Shown one piece after another: positions 1 to 8,508 of a stretch of 11,400 nt of DNA. Below the pieces are notes generated by a model, which worked only from the letters and a program-made list of their open reading frames with translations, ran no database searches and had not been told where the DNA came from. Both the position numbers and the translations under genes were made by a program. The stretch lies in the IMG/VR virus record IMGVR_UViG_2654587571_000016; one strand, given 5' to 3'. Position 1 is the stretch's first letter. Each line of letters starts with the position of its first letter. This DNA comes from a virus. Its lineage: Duplodnaviria; Heunggongvirae; Uroviricota; Caudoviricetes.

Positions 1-696
1 GCCTTCATCAGTGGTAAGGCACCGGAAATCAAACCCTCGCCCGGCGGCAACACGCCATCGGGTCCGTCTGCAGATACGTCCGTTCGCACAATCTCCCTGC
101 TGCCGGCAGCCGGAGAGGCTGCTGCGCAGGGCTGGAGCATTAAGGATGGCGGAATTCAGTTGTCAGATGGTGTATTTAAGATCACCAAGCAGAGCAATAA
201 AACCTGGTCCCTGACGCATCCGGTGGATGACGCAATTACCCTGCTGACACAGGGCGGCAGACTGACCTGTAAGTTCCGCCTGTCAGGCGCACTGACCAAC
301 AATCAGTTCGGTCTGGGAATTTATCTGTATACCGATGTAGCGTTACCTGACGTCGTGGCGATGACCGGGACTGGTAACCCGTTCCTGATGTCGTTCTTCA
401 CCCAGACCACAGACGGCAAACTGAATCTGATGCATCACAAGAAAGCAGGAAACACAAAGTTGGGCGAGTTCGGGAATTACAGTAACGACTGGCAGACGCT
501 GGAGCTGGTGTTCACCGCCAGCAGTGCCACGGTTACTCCGAAACTGAATGGAGTGGCTGGCCCGGCATTCCAGGTCATAAAAGACAGTCTGACACTGGGG
601 CTGAATGCACTGACGCTGACGGATATTACCAAAAATGCAACGTATGGCGTTGAGATAGAAAGTCTGGTGCTGGAAATAAATAGTCCTGCAGCGTAA
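1..696 (+). CDS. Hypothetical protein, 5'-truncated by the window edge (at least 231 aa); predicted beta-rich, function unknown
   Basis: Frame 1 is open from base 1 to the TAA at 694-696 (the listed ORF 160..696 is its distal part); followed 24 nt later by the gpR-like gene with a GGAGA Shine-Dalgarno. I do not recognise the family. Confidence 0.55.
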   Translation, partial: AFISGKAPEIKPSPGGNTPSGPSADTSVRTISLLPAAGEAAAQGWSIKDGGIQLSDGVFKITKQSNKTWSLTHPVDDAITLLTQGGRLTCKFRLSGALTNNQFGLGIYLYTDVALPDVVAMTGTGNPFLMSFFTQTTDGKLNLMHHKKAGNTKLGEFGNYSNDWQTLELVFTASSATVTPKLNGVAGPAFQVIKDSLTLGLNALTLTDITKNATYGVEIESLVLEINSPAA

Positions 697-719
697 GGAA
701 GAACAGGAGAGCAAAACAG

Positions 720-1187
720 ATGCTTAAGACAAACAGCCTCCGGAAGGGCATGATTCATGGGTGTCGCTGGTGTCAGGCCAACCCGGAAAAATTCACCATT
801 TTCGTGGAGAGCGGCAACATTGAAACGACCGGAGAAACGCCCTCGTTTGTTTACCGCTATCAGATGGTGATGTTTGTCATGGATTACGCCGGGGAGCTGG
901 ACGACCTCACGCTGCCGCTACTGGCGTGGTTATCCGAAAATCAGCCGCAATTGTTGCTTAATCCGGAGCGTAATCAGGACATCAAATTCTCCGCCGTTAT
1001 CAATGACGATGACAGCGCCGATCTCCTGTTTACGCTCCCTCTGCGGGAACGCGTTCGCATCACGCGCAGCAGTCAGGGGGCACCGCAGGCAGAACACCTG
1101 CAGGAGCCAAAACCCCGTCTGCCATCTTCCGAAGGCGACTGGTCGCATGTATTCCAGGATGTGACGTGGGGTGAAAGCGATGGATAA
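720..1187 (+). CDS. P2 gpR-like tail completion protein (155 aa)
   Basis: ATG at 720 with GGAGA upstream; same length as P2 R (155 aa); sits immediately upstream of S, V, W, J, I, H, G homologs; stop overlaps the next start (ATGGATAA). Confidence 0.6.
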   Translation: MLKTNSLRKGMIHGCRWCQANPEKFTIFVESGNIETTGETPSFVYRYQMVMFVMDYAGELDDLTLPLLAWLSENQPQLLLNPERNQDIKFSAVINDDDSADLLFTLPLRERVRITRSSQGAPQAEHLQEPKPRLPSSEGDWSHVFQDVTWGESDG

Positions 1188-1815
1188 GGCATTCACCCGC
1201 GTGGATGAAACCTTTGAGGCTATCCGCGACAGCCTGAATCAGCAGGCCATCAATAACATCGCCAGAAAGCTGGCACAGGATTTACGCCGCGCCCAGCAGG
1301 CGCGTATCCGGTCACAGAAAGCGCCGGACGGGACCGCGTGGACACCACGCAGACGCCGCGCAACCCGGATACAGGAGCGCATTCGCTTTATCTGGAATAA
1401 CGAAGCACGCACGCTGAAAAACTGGCATCACGACACGGGGAAATACGGGCGAACCATTACCGGGTGGGATGAGGATAAAAACAATATCCGCACGTTTTAC
1501 CGGGATGACATCGACCGCTTTCTGGAAATACGCACCCGGCGCATCAACCAGGACAGCACAAAGCGCGTCCCCATGTTCGTAAAACTGCGCACCGCCCGCT
1601 ACCTGAAAGCCCGTGCAGATGCTTCCGGTGTGACGGTGGGTTACAGCGGCGTGGCCGCACGTATTGCCCGCGTTCATCAGTTCGGTGAGCGCGATCAGGT
1701 TGCGCCGGGCATTTTCACCGATTACCCGGTACGTGAGCTGTTGGGCATCAGTCAGGCAGATGAACGCCTGATTTATAACACGGTGCTGGGCCGGATTGCG
1801 GAGGCTGTACGGTGA
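1180..1815 (+). CDS. P2 gpS-like tail completion / virion morphogenesis protein
   Basis: ATG at 1180 overlaps the upstream stop (alternative GTG at 1171); its TGA overlaps the GTG start of the gpV homolog (GTGA); position and size fit the P2 S slot, though larger than P2 S. Confidence 0.55.
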   Translation: MDKAFTRVDETFEAIRDSLNQQAINNIARKLAQDLRRAQQARIRSQKAPDGTAWTPRRRRATRIQERIRFIWNNEARTLKNWHHDTGKYGRTITGWDEDKNNIRTFYRDDIDRFLEIRTRRINQDSTKRVPMFVKLRTARYLKARADASGVTVGYSGVAARIARVHQFGERDQVAPGIFTDYPVRELLGISQADERLIYNTVLGRIAEAVR

Positions 1816-2393
1816 GCGCAGAACTCATGCGACTGCTGAGCAACATCATCCGCACTGGGATCATCTCTGAAGTTGATGAGAAGTCCTGGTGCGTGCGCGT
1901 TCGCAGCGGCGAACTGGAAACAGGCTGGTTGCGCTGGAACACCACGCGCGCGGGAGCCTTCAATGTGTGGCTGCCGCCATCACCCGGCGAACAGGTGGTA
2001 ATTGCCTGCATTGGCGGCAACCCGGAAACCGCCATGATAATTGGCAGCCTGTGGAGTGATGCCAATCCGGCCCCCGGCAAAAGCCTGAAAGAAATCGTGG
2101 TCAGCGCGCCGGATGGCGCGGTGTTCCGCTACGACGCGGACGCAGGCGCACTGAGCGCCAGCGGCATGAAAACGGCCACCCTGCAGGCATCCGTCAGTGT
2201 GACACTGGACACGCCCGTCGTGGAATGCACAGACCTTCTGAGAACGGCGACGCTTGACGTCACAAAAGGGGGAAAGATGAGCGGCAATATCACGCACAGC
2301 GGCGGCAATTTCACCTCAAACGGCATCACAGTGCATACGCATAAACACGGTGGCGTTAAAGGTGGCAGCGATTCGACAGGAGGCCCGCAGTGA
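1812..2393 (+). CDS. Baseplate assembly protein V (P2 gpV-like spike/hub)
   Basis: 193 aa; N-terminal ...NIIRTGIISEVD... and the C-terminal ...VTKGGKMSGNITHSGGNFTSNGITVHTHKHGG... block match the gpV family as I recall it; GGAGG 8 nt upstream of GTG 1812; GTGA overlap with the W homolog. Confidence 0.85.
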   Translation: MSAELMRLLSNIIRTGIISEVDEKSWCVRVRSGELETGWLRWNTTRAGAFNVWLPPSPGEQVVIACIGGNPETAMIIGSLWSDANPAPGKSLKEIVVSAPDGAVFRYDADAGALSASGMKTATLQASVSVTLDTPVVECTDLLRTATLDVTKGGKMSGNITHSGGNFTSNGITVHTHKHGGVKGGSDSTGGPQ

Positions 2394-2740
2394 CAACCCG
2401 CTACACAGGAATGAACCCGGACGGAACGGGAAACCTGAACGATATGGAGCATCTGAAACAGTCAGTCAGGGACATCCTGACCACCCCGCTGGCAAGCCGG
2501 GTTATGCGACGGGAATATGGCAGCCTTGTGCCCGATTTAATTGACGAACCCATGAATAACACCACTCGTCTGCAATGCATGAGTGCTGCCGTGATTGCGC
2601 TGACACGATGGGAACCCCGCATTGCCCTGGACGCCATCGACGTTGTCTGGAAGGCAGGAGGCCGCGCCGGGGTGACGCTGTCGGGCACTGTCATGCAGAC
2701 CATGCAGAATGTTGAATTAACCATCACGCTGAGGGAGTAA
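2390..2740 (+). CDS. Baseplate wedge protein W (P2 gpW / T4 gp25-like)
   Basis: 116 aa, the size of P2 W (115 aa); AGGAGG 7 nt upstream of GTG 2390; gp25/GPW-like sequence; directly followed by the gpJ homolog. Confidence 0.8.
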   Translation: MTTRYTGMNPDGTGNLNDMEHLKQSVRDILTTPLASRVMRREYGSLVPDLIDEPMNNTTRLQCMSAAVIALTRWEPRIALDAIDVVWKAGGRAGVTLSGTVMQTMQNVELTITLRE

Positions 2741-2743
2741 ATC

Positions 2744-3640
2744 ATGCCTGCCGTTGACCTTTCCCAGTTACCGGAACCCGCCATCATCGCGGAGCCTGAC
2801 TTTGAGGCAATTCTGGCTGACACAAAGGCCATGATGATTGCGTCCTATCCTGCCGAACAGCGTGAAGCCGTCTCCGCCGCGCTGGAGCTGGAATCGGAAC
2901 CCCTGAACGTTATCGCCCAGACAACAGCGTTTCGTGAAATGCTGTTACGCCAGCGGGTCAATGAGGGGGCACGCGCCTGCATGTTAAGCCACAGCGCCGG
3001 GACAGACCTGGACAACCTCGCGGGCAATATGAACACAAAGCGCCTGACCATCACTCCGGCAACGGATACCACCGACGCAGTGATGGAAAGTGACACCTCG
3101 CTGAGACTGCGGGCGCAGCGGGCGTACGATGGCCTGAGTGTTGCTGGCCCGTCAGGTGCATACGAGTATTTTGCCCGCAGCGCCAGCGGTCTGGTGCGTG
3201 ATGCGCGGGCTATCAGTCCGTCTCCGGCAAATGTGACGGTTTCCATCCTGTCCACTGAAGGCGACGGCACAGCAACGGAGGCGTTGCTTAATACCGTTCG
3301 CGCCGTTCTGAATGCAGAGGATACCCGCCCGGTGGCCGACCGCCTGACGGTACAGAGCGCCAGAATCGTGACATGGCGGCTGAATGCAAAACTGTACTTT
3401 TACCCCGGCCCGGAATCCGAACCTATTCTGGCGGCGGCTGAATCGTCGTTCAGGAAGTGGCTGGCTGAGCAGGGGCTTATCGGTCAGGACGTGGCGTTGT
3501 CCGCCATTGCTGCCGCACTGCATGTGCACGGTGTGCAACGCGTGGAGATAATCGAACCCACACAGAATATGGCCATCAGCGACATACAGGCGGCGCGCTG
3601 TGAGTCGTTCACCATCAGCGAAGGTGGGCGCAATGAGTAA
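2744..3640 (+). CDS. Baseplate assembly protein J (P2 gpJ-like)
   Basis: 298 aa (P2 J is about 302 aa); ATG 2744 with GAGGGAG upstream; stop overlaps the gpI start (ATGAGTAA). Confidence 0.85.
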   Translation: MPAVDLSQLPEPAIIAEPDFEAILADTKAMMIASYPAEQREAVSAALELESEPLNVIAQTTAFREMLLRQRVNEGARACMLSHSAGTDLDNLAGNMNTKRLTITPATDTTDAVMESDTSLRLRAQRAYDGLSVAGPSGAYEYFARSASGLVRDARAISPSPANVTVSILSTEGDGTATEALLNTVRAVLNAEDTRPVADRLTVQSARIVTWRLNAKLYFYPGPESEPILAAAESSFRKWLAEQGLIGQDVALSAIAAALHVHGVQRVEIIEPTQNMAISDIQAARCESFTISEGGRNE

Positions 3641-4163
3641 TTCACTGTTACCACCATCAGCCAGCAGTTTCATGCGTTGTGCCGAAGCTGTCGGAACGCG
3701 CATTACAGACATCCCGGTAGACCTCAACACGCTGTGGTCGCCGGACACCTGCCCGGTGCACCTGCTGCCTTATCTCGCCTGGGCATTTTCCGTTGACCGC
3801 TGGGATCGCAACTGGCCGGAAGAGACAAAACGACAGGTGATTCGTGATGCATGGCTGATACACCGACACAAAGGGACCATCAGCGCACTGCGCAGGGCCA
3901 TTGAGCCGCTGGGATACCTCATTCGCGTGTCTGAGTGGTGGGAGTTCGGCGGAGAACCGGGAACATTTACCGTTGAAGTCGGCACACTGGACAGTGGCGT
4001 GACGGAGGAAATGTATCTGGAAATGGAGCGGTTGATTGCTGATGCCCGTCCGGTCAGCCGCCACATGACAGGGCTGAATATCATTCAGGAAATTCCGGGG
4101 GATATTTTTGCAGCGGCGGCAACTCATGACGGTGAAGTTATTACCATTTATCCGGACGATTAA
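3633..4163 (+). CDS. Tail/baseplate protein I (P2 gpI-like)
   Basis: 176 aa when started at ATG 3633 (the upstream in-frame ATG 3600 lies inside gpJ and is unlikely); AAGGTGG Shine-Dalgarno; same size as P2 I; stop 2 nt before the gpH start. Confidence 0.8.
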   Translation: MSNSLLPPSASSFMRCAEAVGTRITDIPVDLNTLWSPDTCPVHLLPYLAWAFSVDRWDRNWPEETKRQVIRDAWLIHRHKGTISALRRAIEPLGYLIRVSEWWEFGGEPGTFTVEVGTLDSGVTEEMYLEMERLIADARPVSRHMTGLNIIQEIPGDIFAAAATHDGEVITIYPDD

Positions 4164-4165
4164 GC

Positions 4166-6298
4166 ATGAGTACCACAACACGAAAATTTAAAACCGTTAT
4201 CACCGATACAGGTGCCAAAAAATTAGCTCAGGCAGCCGCGCCAGATGGTAAGCCTGTCCGCCTGACTCATATGGCCGTGGGCGACGGTGGCGGCGCGTTG
4301 CCCACACCAGACAGTAAGCAGACCCGTCTGGTGCATGAGGTGTGGCGACACACTGTTAATCGCGTCATCCTGGACGCAACACATCAGAACCGCATTATTG
4401 CGGAGCTGGTTATTCCTCCAGAAACGGGCGGATTCTGGATCCGGGAAATTGGTGTTTTTGATGAGCACGGCGATTTAATCGCGGTGGGCAATACTGCCGA
4501 AAGTTACAAGCCAGCCGTTGCCGAAGGGTCCGGACGTGCACAAACATTTCGCACCATTCTGACCGTATCCAGCACTGCCACTGTGGCGCTTACCGTGGAT
4601 AACACCATGGTGATGGCCACAGTGGATTACGTGGATAACAAACTGAAAGAGCATGAACAGTCACGATGTCACCCGGATGCCTCGCTGACCGCAAAAGGCT
4701 TTGTTCAACTCAGTAGCGCCACTAACAGCGATTCTGAAACGCTGGCTGCAACGCCGAAAGCGGTTAAGGTCGCGTATGATCTTGCTAACGGAAAATATAC
4801 AGCGCAGGATGCCACAACAGCGCGAAAAGGCCTTGTCCAGCTTAGTAGTGCAACCAACAGTACATCTGAAACGCTGGCGGCAACATCAAATGCAGTAAAA
4901 GCTGCCTATGACAATGCTGAAAAACGTCTGCAGAAAGCTAAGAATGGTGAGGATATCTCTGATAAAGACACCTTTACGAAAAATATCGGTGCCTGCCGTG
5001 CATATAGTGCAGAGCTGAATATTGGTGGAGATAGTGAAGCATGGACAACTGCGCAGTTGATTTTTTGGCTAGAGAGTCAGGGGGCATTTAACCATCCTTA
5101 CTGGATGTGCAAAGGCTCATGGGCTTATGCAAATAATAAGGTCATTACAGATACAGGTTGCGGAAGTATTTGTCTTGCAGGTGCTGTTGTGGAAGTTATT
5201 GGCACCCGCGGCGCAATGACCATACGCATTACCACACCGAGTACATCCAGCGGTGAAGGCATCCCTAATGCTCAATTTACTTATATTAATCATGGTGATG
5301 CTTATGCTCCTGGCTGGCGAAGGGACTATAACTCCAGGAATAAGCCAACAGCATCAGAGATCGGGGCGTTACCGTCAGATGGGACAGCAGTATCGTCAGT
5401 TAATCTGGCTTCAAAAGGTCGGCTGACCGCCCTGACAGATAATATGCAGGGGGCCACAGGTCTGGAGTTATACGAGGCGTATAACAACGGATATCCAACA
5501 ACGTATGGAAATATCATTCACCTGAAAGGGATGACAGCCGTTGGCGAAGGCGAATTACTCATCGGCTGGAGTGGTATAAGCGGTGCTCATGCTCCGGCAT
5601 TTATTCGTTCACGACGGGATACGCCCGACGCAAACTGGTCGCCGTGGGCGCAGCTTTACACCTCGGCTCATCCTCCTGAAGAGTTTTATCCAGTCGGTGC
5701 ACCGATTCCGTGGCCATCAGATACCGTTCCGTCTGGTTATGCCCTGATGCAGGGGCAGACTTTTGACAAATCTGCATACCCGAAACTTGCAGTCGCTTAT
5801 CCGTCAGGCGTTATTCCTGATATGCGTGGCTGGACGATTAAGGGCAAGCCCGGCAGTGGTCGTGCCGTATTGTCTCAGGAACAGGACGGCATTAAATCGC
5901 ACACCCACAGCGCCAGCGCATCCAGTACGGATTTGGGGACGAAAACCACATCGTCGTTTGATTACGGTACTAAAACGACCAGTTCATTTGATTACGGCAC
6001 AAAAACTACGAATAGCGCTGGAAATCATTCACACAATATACCTGTTGGTCACACTGGCGCGGGGAATGGTGTATCAGCCGGTTATAACGCTGCGTTAGGT
6101 ACTGGTACCACGTCGAGCGCAGGCGAGCATGCTCACAATGTATATATCGGTGCCCATAACCACACTATCGGCATTGGTGCTCATGCCCATTCTGTCATTA
6201 TTGGTCCCCACGGACACACCATCACCGTTAACGCTACGGGTAACGAAGAAAACACCGTAAAAAACATCGCATTTAACTATATTGTGAGGCTTGCATAA
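4166..6298 (+). CDS. Tail fiber protein (P2 gpH-like N-terminus and repeat region, His-rich receptor-binding C-terminus)
   Basis: 710 aa; the N-terminus (..[45 protein letters not shown]..) and the duplicated ..[21 protein letters not shown].. block match P2 H as I recall it; C-terminus carries repeated HxH motifs (HSHN, EHAHN, AHNH, AHAHS, HGH). Confidence 0.9.
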   Translation: MSTTTRKFKTVITDTGAKKLAQAAAPDGKPVRLTHMAVGDGGGALPTPDSKQTRLVHEVWRHTVNRVILDATHQNRIIAELVIPPETGGFWIREIGVFDEHGDLIAVGNTAESYKPAVAEGSGRAQTFRTILTVSSTATVALTVDNTMVMATVDYVDNKLKEHEQSRCHPDASLTAKGFVQLSSATNSDSETLAATPKAVKVAYDLANGKYTAQDATTARKGLVQLSSATNSTSETLAATSNAVKAAYDNAEKRLQKAKNGEDISDKDTFTKNIGACRAYSAELNIGGDSEAWTTAQLIFWLESQGAFNHPYWMCKGSWAYANNKVITDTGCGSICLAGAVVEVIGTRGAMTIRITTPSTSSGEGIPNAQFTYINHGDAYAPGWRRDYNSRNKPTASEIGALPSDGTAVSSVNLASKGRLTALTDNMQGATGLELYEAYNNGYPTTYGNIIHLKGMTAVGEGELLIGWSGISGAHAPAFIRSRRDTPDANWSPWAQLYTSAHPPEEFYPVGAPIPWPSDTVPSGYALMQGQTFDKSAYPKLAVAYPSGVIPDMRGWTIKGKPGSGRAVLSQEQDGIKSHTHSASASSTDLGTKTTSSFDYGTKTTSSFDYGTKTTNSAGNHSHNIPVGHTGAGNGVSAGYNAALGTGTTSSAGEHAHNVYIGAHNHTIGIGAHAHSVIIGPHGHTITVNATGNEENTVKNIAFNYIVRLA
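4694..4912 (+). repeat. Diverged internal direct duplication in the tail-fiber gene (two ~87-nt copies, 4694-4780 and 4826-4912)
   Basis: Protein repeats [29 protein letters not shown] / [29 protein letters not shown]; the DNA copies are clearly related but diverged. Confidence 0.7.
5936..6016 (+). repeat. 30-nt tandem repeat, about 2.7 copies, encoding [10 protein letters not shown] units within the tail-fiber gene
   Basis: Read directly: gggacgaaaaccacatcgtcgtttgattac / ggtactaaaacgaccagttcatttgattac / ggcacaaaaactacgaatagc. Confidence 0.8.
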
Positions 6299-6876
6299 TG
6301 ACATTCAGAATGAGTGAACACTCACGGACCATAAAAATTTATAATCTACTGACCGGAACCAATGAGTTTATTGGTGAAGGTGATGCATACATTCCACCTC
6401 ATACAGGTCTGCCTGCAAACAGTACCGATATTGCCCCGCCAGATATTCCGGCTGGCTTCGTGGCCGTTTTCAACAGTGATGAGGCATCGTGGCATCTCGT
6501 TGAAGACCATCGGGGTAAAACGGTTTATGACGTGGCATCAGGGGACTCGTTATTTATTTCTGAACTCGGTCCATTACCGGAAAATGTTACCTGGTTGTCG
6601 CCGTATGGAGAGTATCAGAAGTGGAACGGCACATCCTGGGTGAAAGATGCAGAAGCAGAAAAACTGTTTCGGATAAGGGAGGCGGAAGAAACAAAAAACA
6701 GCCTGATGCAGGTAGCCAGCGAGCATATTGCGCCACTTCAGGATGCCGTAGATTTGGATATTGCAACGGAGGAAGAGGCATCGTTACTGGCTGCATGGAA
6801 GACATACCGGGTATTGTTGAATCGTGTTAATACAGCGGTAGCAGCGGATGTTGAGTGGCCAGTCGCCCCACAATAA
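6298..6876 (+). CDS. Tail fiber assembly chaperone (Tfa; P2 gpG / lambda Tfa family)
   Basis: 192 aa; C-terminal ..[39 protein letters not shown].. is the Tfa signature as I recall it; start overlaps the gpH stop (TAATG). Confidence 0.85.
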   Translation: MTFRMSEHSRTIKIYNLLTGTNEFIGEGDAYIPPHTGLPANSTDIAPPDIPAGFVAVFNSDEASWHLVEDHRGKTVYDVASGDSLFISELGPLPENVTWLSPYGEYQKWNGTSWVKDAEAEKLFRIREAEETKNSLMQVASEHIAPLQDAVDLDIATEEEASLLAAWKTYRVLLNRVNTAVAADVEWPVAPQ

Positions 6877-6882
6877 AGAGAA

Positions 6883-6912
6883 AAAGCCATCGATTGAAAT
6901 ATAGATGGCTTT
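6883..6912. terminator. Hairpin between convergent genes (possible bidirectional terminator, better for the minus-strand transcript)
   Basis: aaagccatc-N12-gatggcttt, 9-bp stem; on the minus strand it is followed by a TTTTTCTCT run; lies 7-8 nt from both stop codons. Confidence 0.3.
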
Positions 6913-6919
6913 ATGTACT

Positions 6920-7492
6920 CTATTTATACAATACAACACCGCTCTTTTTAGTTATATATGTGCAGTTCGATGGTATATCTTTATTTATAAAAGACATTGC
7001 ACCTATTTTTACATTATCCCCAATTTTACGTGATAATCCAATGATGCAACAATTAGCTCCGATATCAACGTTACTACCAATTTTTACTCTTGAACCAGGC
7101 ATGTCACCATCTATCTGTCCAATGGTAGTATTCTGTCGTAACACCAGATTTTCACCAGCATCAACAGCAAAATGAACAACAATTCCAGCATGATGGGGAA
7201 TTGTTAACCCTTTTCCAATATTTGCGCCCAATCCAATTTCACAACCAAATTTGTTAATTATTTTACTGTTTAACTTTTTGGCTGCTTTCTTATGTAATTT
7301 ATTACCATTAATATACATTTCGTTAGCCAACCGCCACCAGAAAAGGAAATTCCGGTTACGCTGTTTTTTCTCTCTTAAAAGCCTCCAGATATCCATACGT
7401 TTCCGCCGAATTACTTCATATTTCCAGAAGTTTTTTAAATTAGTAGAGTCCCCAAATAAAACAAAGTGAATTGCCATTAAGTAAGACAGCAC
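6920..7492 (-). CDS. Hexapeptide-repeat acetyltransferase (WcaB/CysE/WbbJ-like left-handed beta-helix O-acetyltransferase); low-GC cargo gene
   Basis: Hexapeptide signature ..GCEIGLGANIGKGLTIPHHAGIVVHFAVDAGENLVLRQNTTIG..IGSNVDIGANCCIIG..; by inspection much lower GC than the flanking tail genes. Start uncertain: GTG 7492 has GGAGA 5 nt upstream; alternatives are ATG 7477 and the longest-ORF GTG 7525. Confidence 0.75.
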   Translation of the reverse strand: MLSYLMAIHFVLFGDSTNLKNFWKYEVIRRKRMDIWRLLREKKQRNRNFLFWWRLANEMYINGNKLHKKAAKKLNSKIINKFGCEIGLGANIGKGLTIPHHAGIVVHFAVDAGENLVLRQNTTIGQIDGDMPGSRVKIGSNVDIGANCCIIGLSRKIGDNVKIGAMSFINKDIPSNCTYITKKSGVVLYK

Positions 7493-7648
7493 GATAATCT
7501 CCTTAATTATTATTTCAGACCACACATATTATAAGGTTAAGAGATTATAAAATCCTGTTGTTTGTTATTCAAAAACAATTTTCTGAGAAGGACATACAAC
7601 AGCAAGTCGCCAGTCACCTTCATCAGGAAATTGGCGACATACGTTAAA

Positions 7649-8143
7649 TCAGAGCAGCCCCTTAACTGAGCTGGTCGCGCTATTAAGGGATGATGTCACC
7701 TTATCTTTGAAGCCGGACAACATATCGCTGAACGATGAGGATTGCAGGCGCTCCCGCAAATCCTCATCACAGCGTTCAAGAGTCAGTGAAAATTCTATCT
7801 TTTTCGCCTTACCGTAGCGATCAAACTCGGAGCGGGTCGTATTCGTTTCGGTCAGGACATACATGCCGTAAATCTGCCCGACGCCATCAATCAGAGGCCA
7901 GGGCCGTCCTGTATACGCCTGCGTGGTCAGCAGAGACAGCGACACTTCGCCACCTGTAATTTCAGGATAAAGCACACCAGAAAGAACGATGCGATCATCA
8001 CCTGCACCGATATACTGCCAGCTTGCTGAACGGTTAACGCGTTCATTTTTCACATGCCGCCAGCTTTTGTTTTGCTGTAACTGCTGATGCGGCAGCGTGC
8101 GCAGCTCAAAAACAAACATGCCATAGATCATCATCATGGCCAT
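7649..8143 (-). CDS. P2 gpU-like tail protein, orphan and in inverted orientation relative to the tail operon
   Basis: 164 aa; N-terminal MMMIYGMFVFELRTLP..WRH...RVNR and ..WPLIDGVGQIYGMYVLTE..IEFSLTLER resemble the gpU family from memory; normal GC, flanked by low-GC DNA. Confidence 0.6.
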   Translation of the reverse strand: MAMMMIYGMFVFELRTLPHQQLQQNKSWRHVKNERVNRSASWQYIGAGDDRIVLSGVLYPEITGGEVSLSLLTTQAYTGRPWPLIDGVGQIYGMYVLTETNTTRSEFDRYGKAKKIEFSLTLERCDEDLRERLQSSSFSDMLSGFKDKVTSSLNSATSSVKGLL

Positions 8144-8205
8144 GACTCCTCAATCTTTATCGTAAAAGTTTCAATGCTTTTTCCTGCGGAGGTAAGGGAT
8201 ATGTA

Positions 8206-8508
8206 GTGTTCAGTTGGCTGAGAACTTCAACAATTATCAGACGTTTTATACGGACACTAATTAAGATCCCAGCTAACAGGATGTTCAATACCCTTCTGTA
8301 TTTTTTCTTCACAAAGGCCGAAAATACATATTCATCCCCTGAGTGGTGGGACAGGCTCAGTGATAAACAGCGAGAGAATATCGGCAACATGATTATGTCA
8401 GGGGTTGAATTTTTTGGCAGACCTACATCACAGGTTGATCATTCCGTTGATTATAACGCCGCTGCACTTGAAGAGATAACATGCAGCAACAACGAAATTT
8501 GCAGCTGA
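8206..8508 (+). CDS. Hypothetical small protein (75-100 aa), low GC, unknown function
   Basis: ORF with a GTG start at 8206 (GGAGG about 14 nt upstream) or ATG at 8281; no recognisable family; weak translation signals, so it may not be expressed. Confidence 0.3.
   Translation: MFSWLRTSTIIRRFIRTLIKIPANRMFNTLLYFFFTKAENTYSSPEWWDRLSDKQRENIGNMIMSGVEFFGRPTSQVDHSVDYNAAALEEITCSNNEICS

Noticed and set aside
343-758. Minus-strand ORFs (343..714, 477..758) antisense to the first CDS
   Set aside because: They lie entirely within a longer, better-supported + strand ORF that is translationally linked to the tail operon; no Shine-Dalgarno or family signal. Shadow ORFs.
874-2452. Assorted overlapping ORFs (874..1164, 930..1196, 1312..1677, 1748..2080, 1980..2297, 2129..2452) in alternative frames
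   Set aside because: All sit inside the R/S/V/W homolog genes, have Arg/Cys-rich low-complexity translations typical of off-frame reading of GC-rich coding DNA, and no independent support.
2401-4181. Minus-strand ORFs 2401..2832, 2845..3270, 3152..3748, 3657..4181, 3770..4084 opposite gpW/gpJ/gpI
   Set aside because: Antisense to a tightly coupled operon with strong family matches; compositions look like frame artefacts.
4223-6304. Small ORFs within or antisense to the tail-fiber gene (4223..4468, 4287..4478, 4701..4898, 5326..5517, 5763..6098, 6095..6304)
   Set aside because: Fully contained in the 710-aa fiber gene, which has an unambiguous family match.
6362-7469. ORFs 6362..6643, 6587..6805, 6621..6830, 6855..7175, 7251..7469
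   Set aside because: They overlap the Tfa gene or run antisense to the acetyltransferase gene; AT-rich antisense strands readily give spurious ORFs; no Shine-Dalgarno.
7735-8390. ORF 7735..7959 (+) antisense to the gpU-like gene and ORF 8157..8390 (-)
   Set aside because: The first is a shadow ORF. The second overlaps the candidate small + strand ORF, has no recognisable features and no Shine-Dalgarno; left unannotated, though a remnant of an upstream tail gene cannot be excluded.
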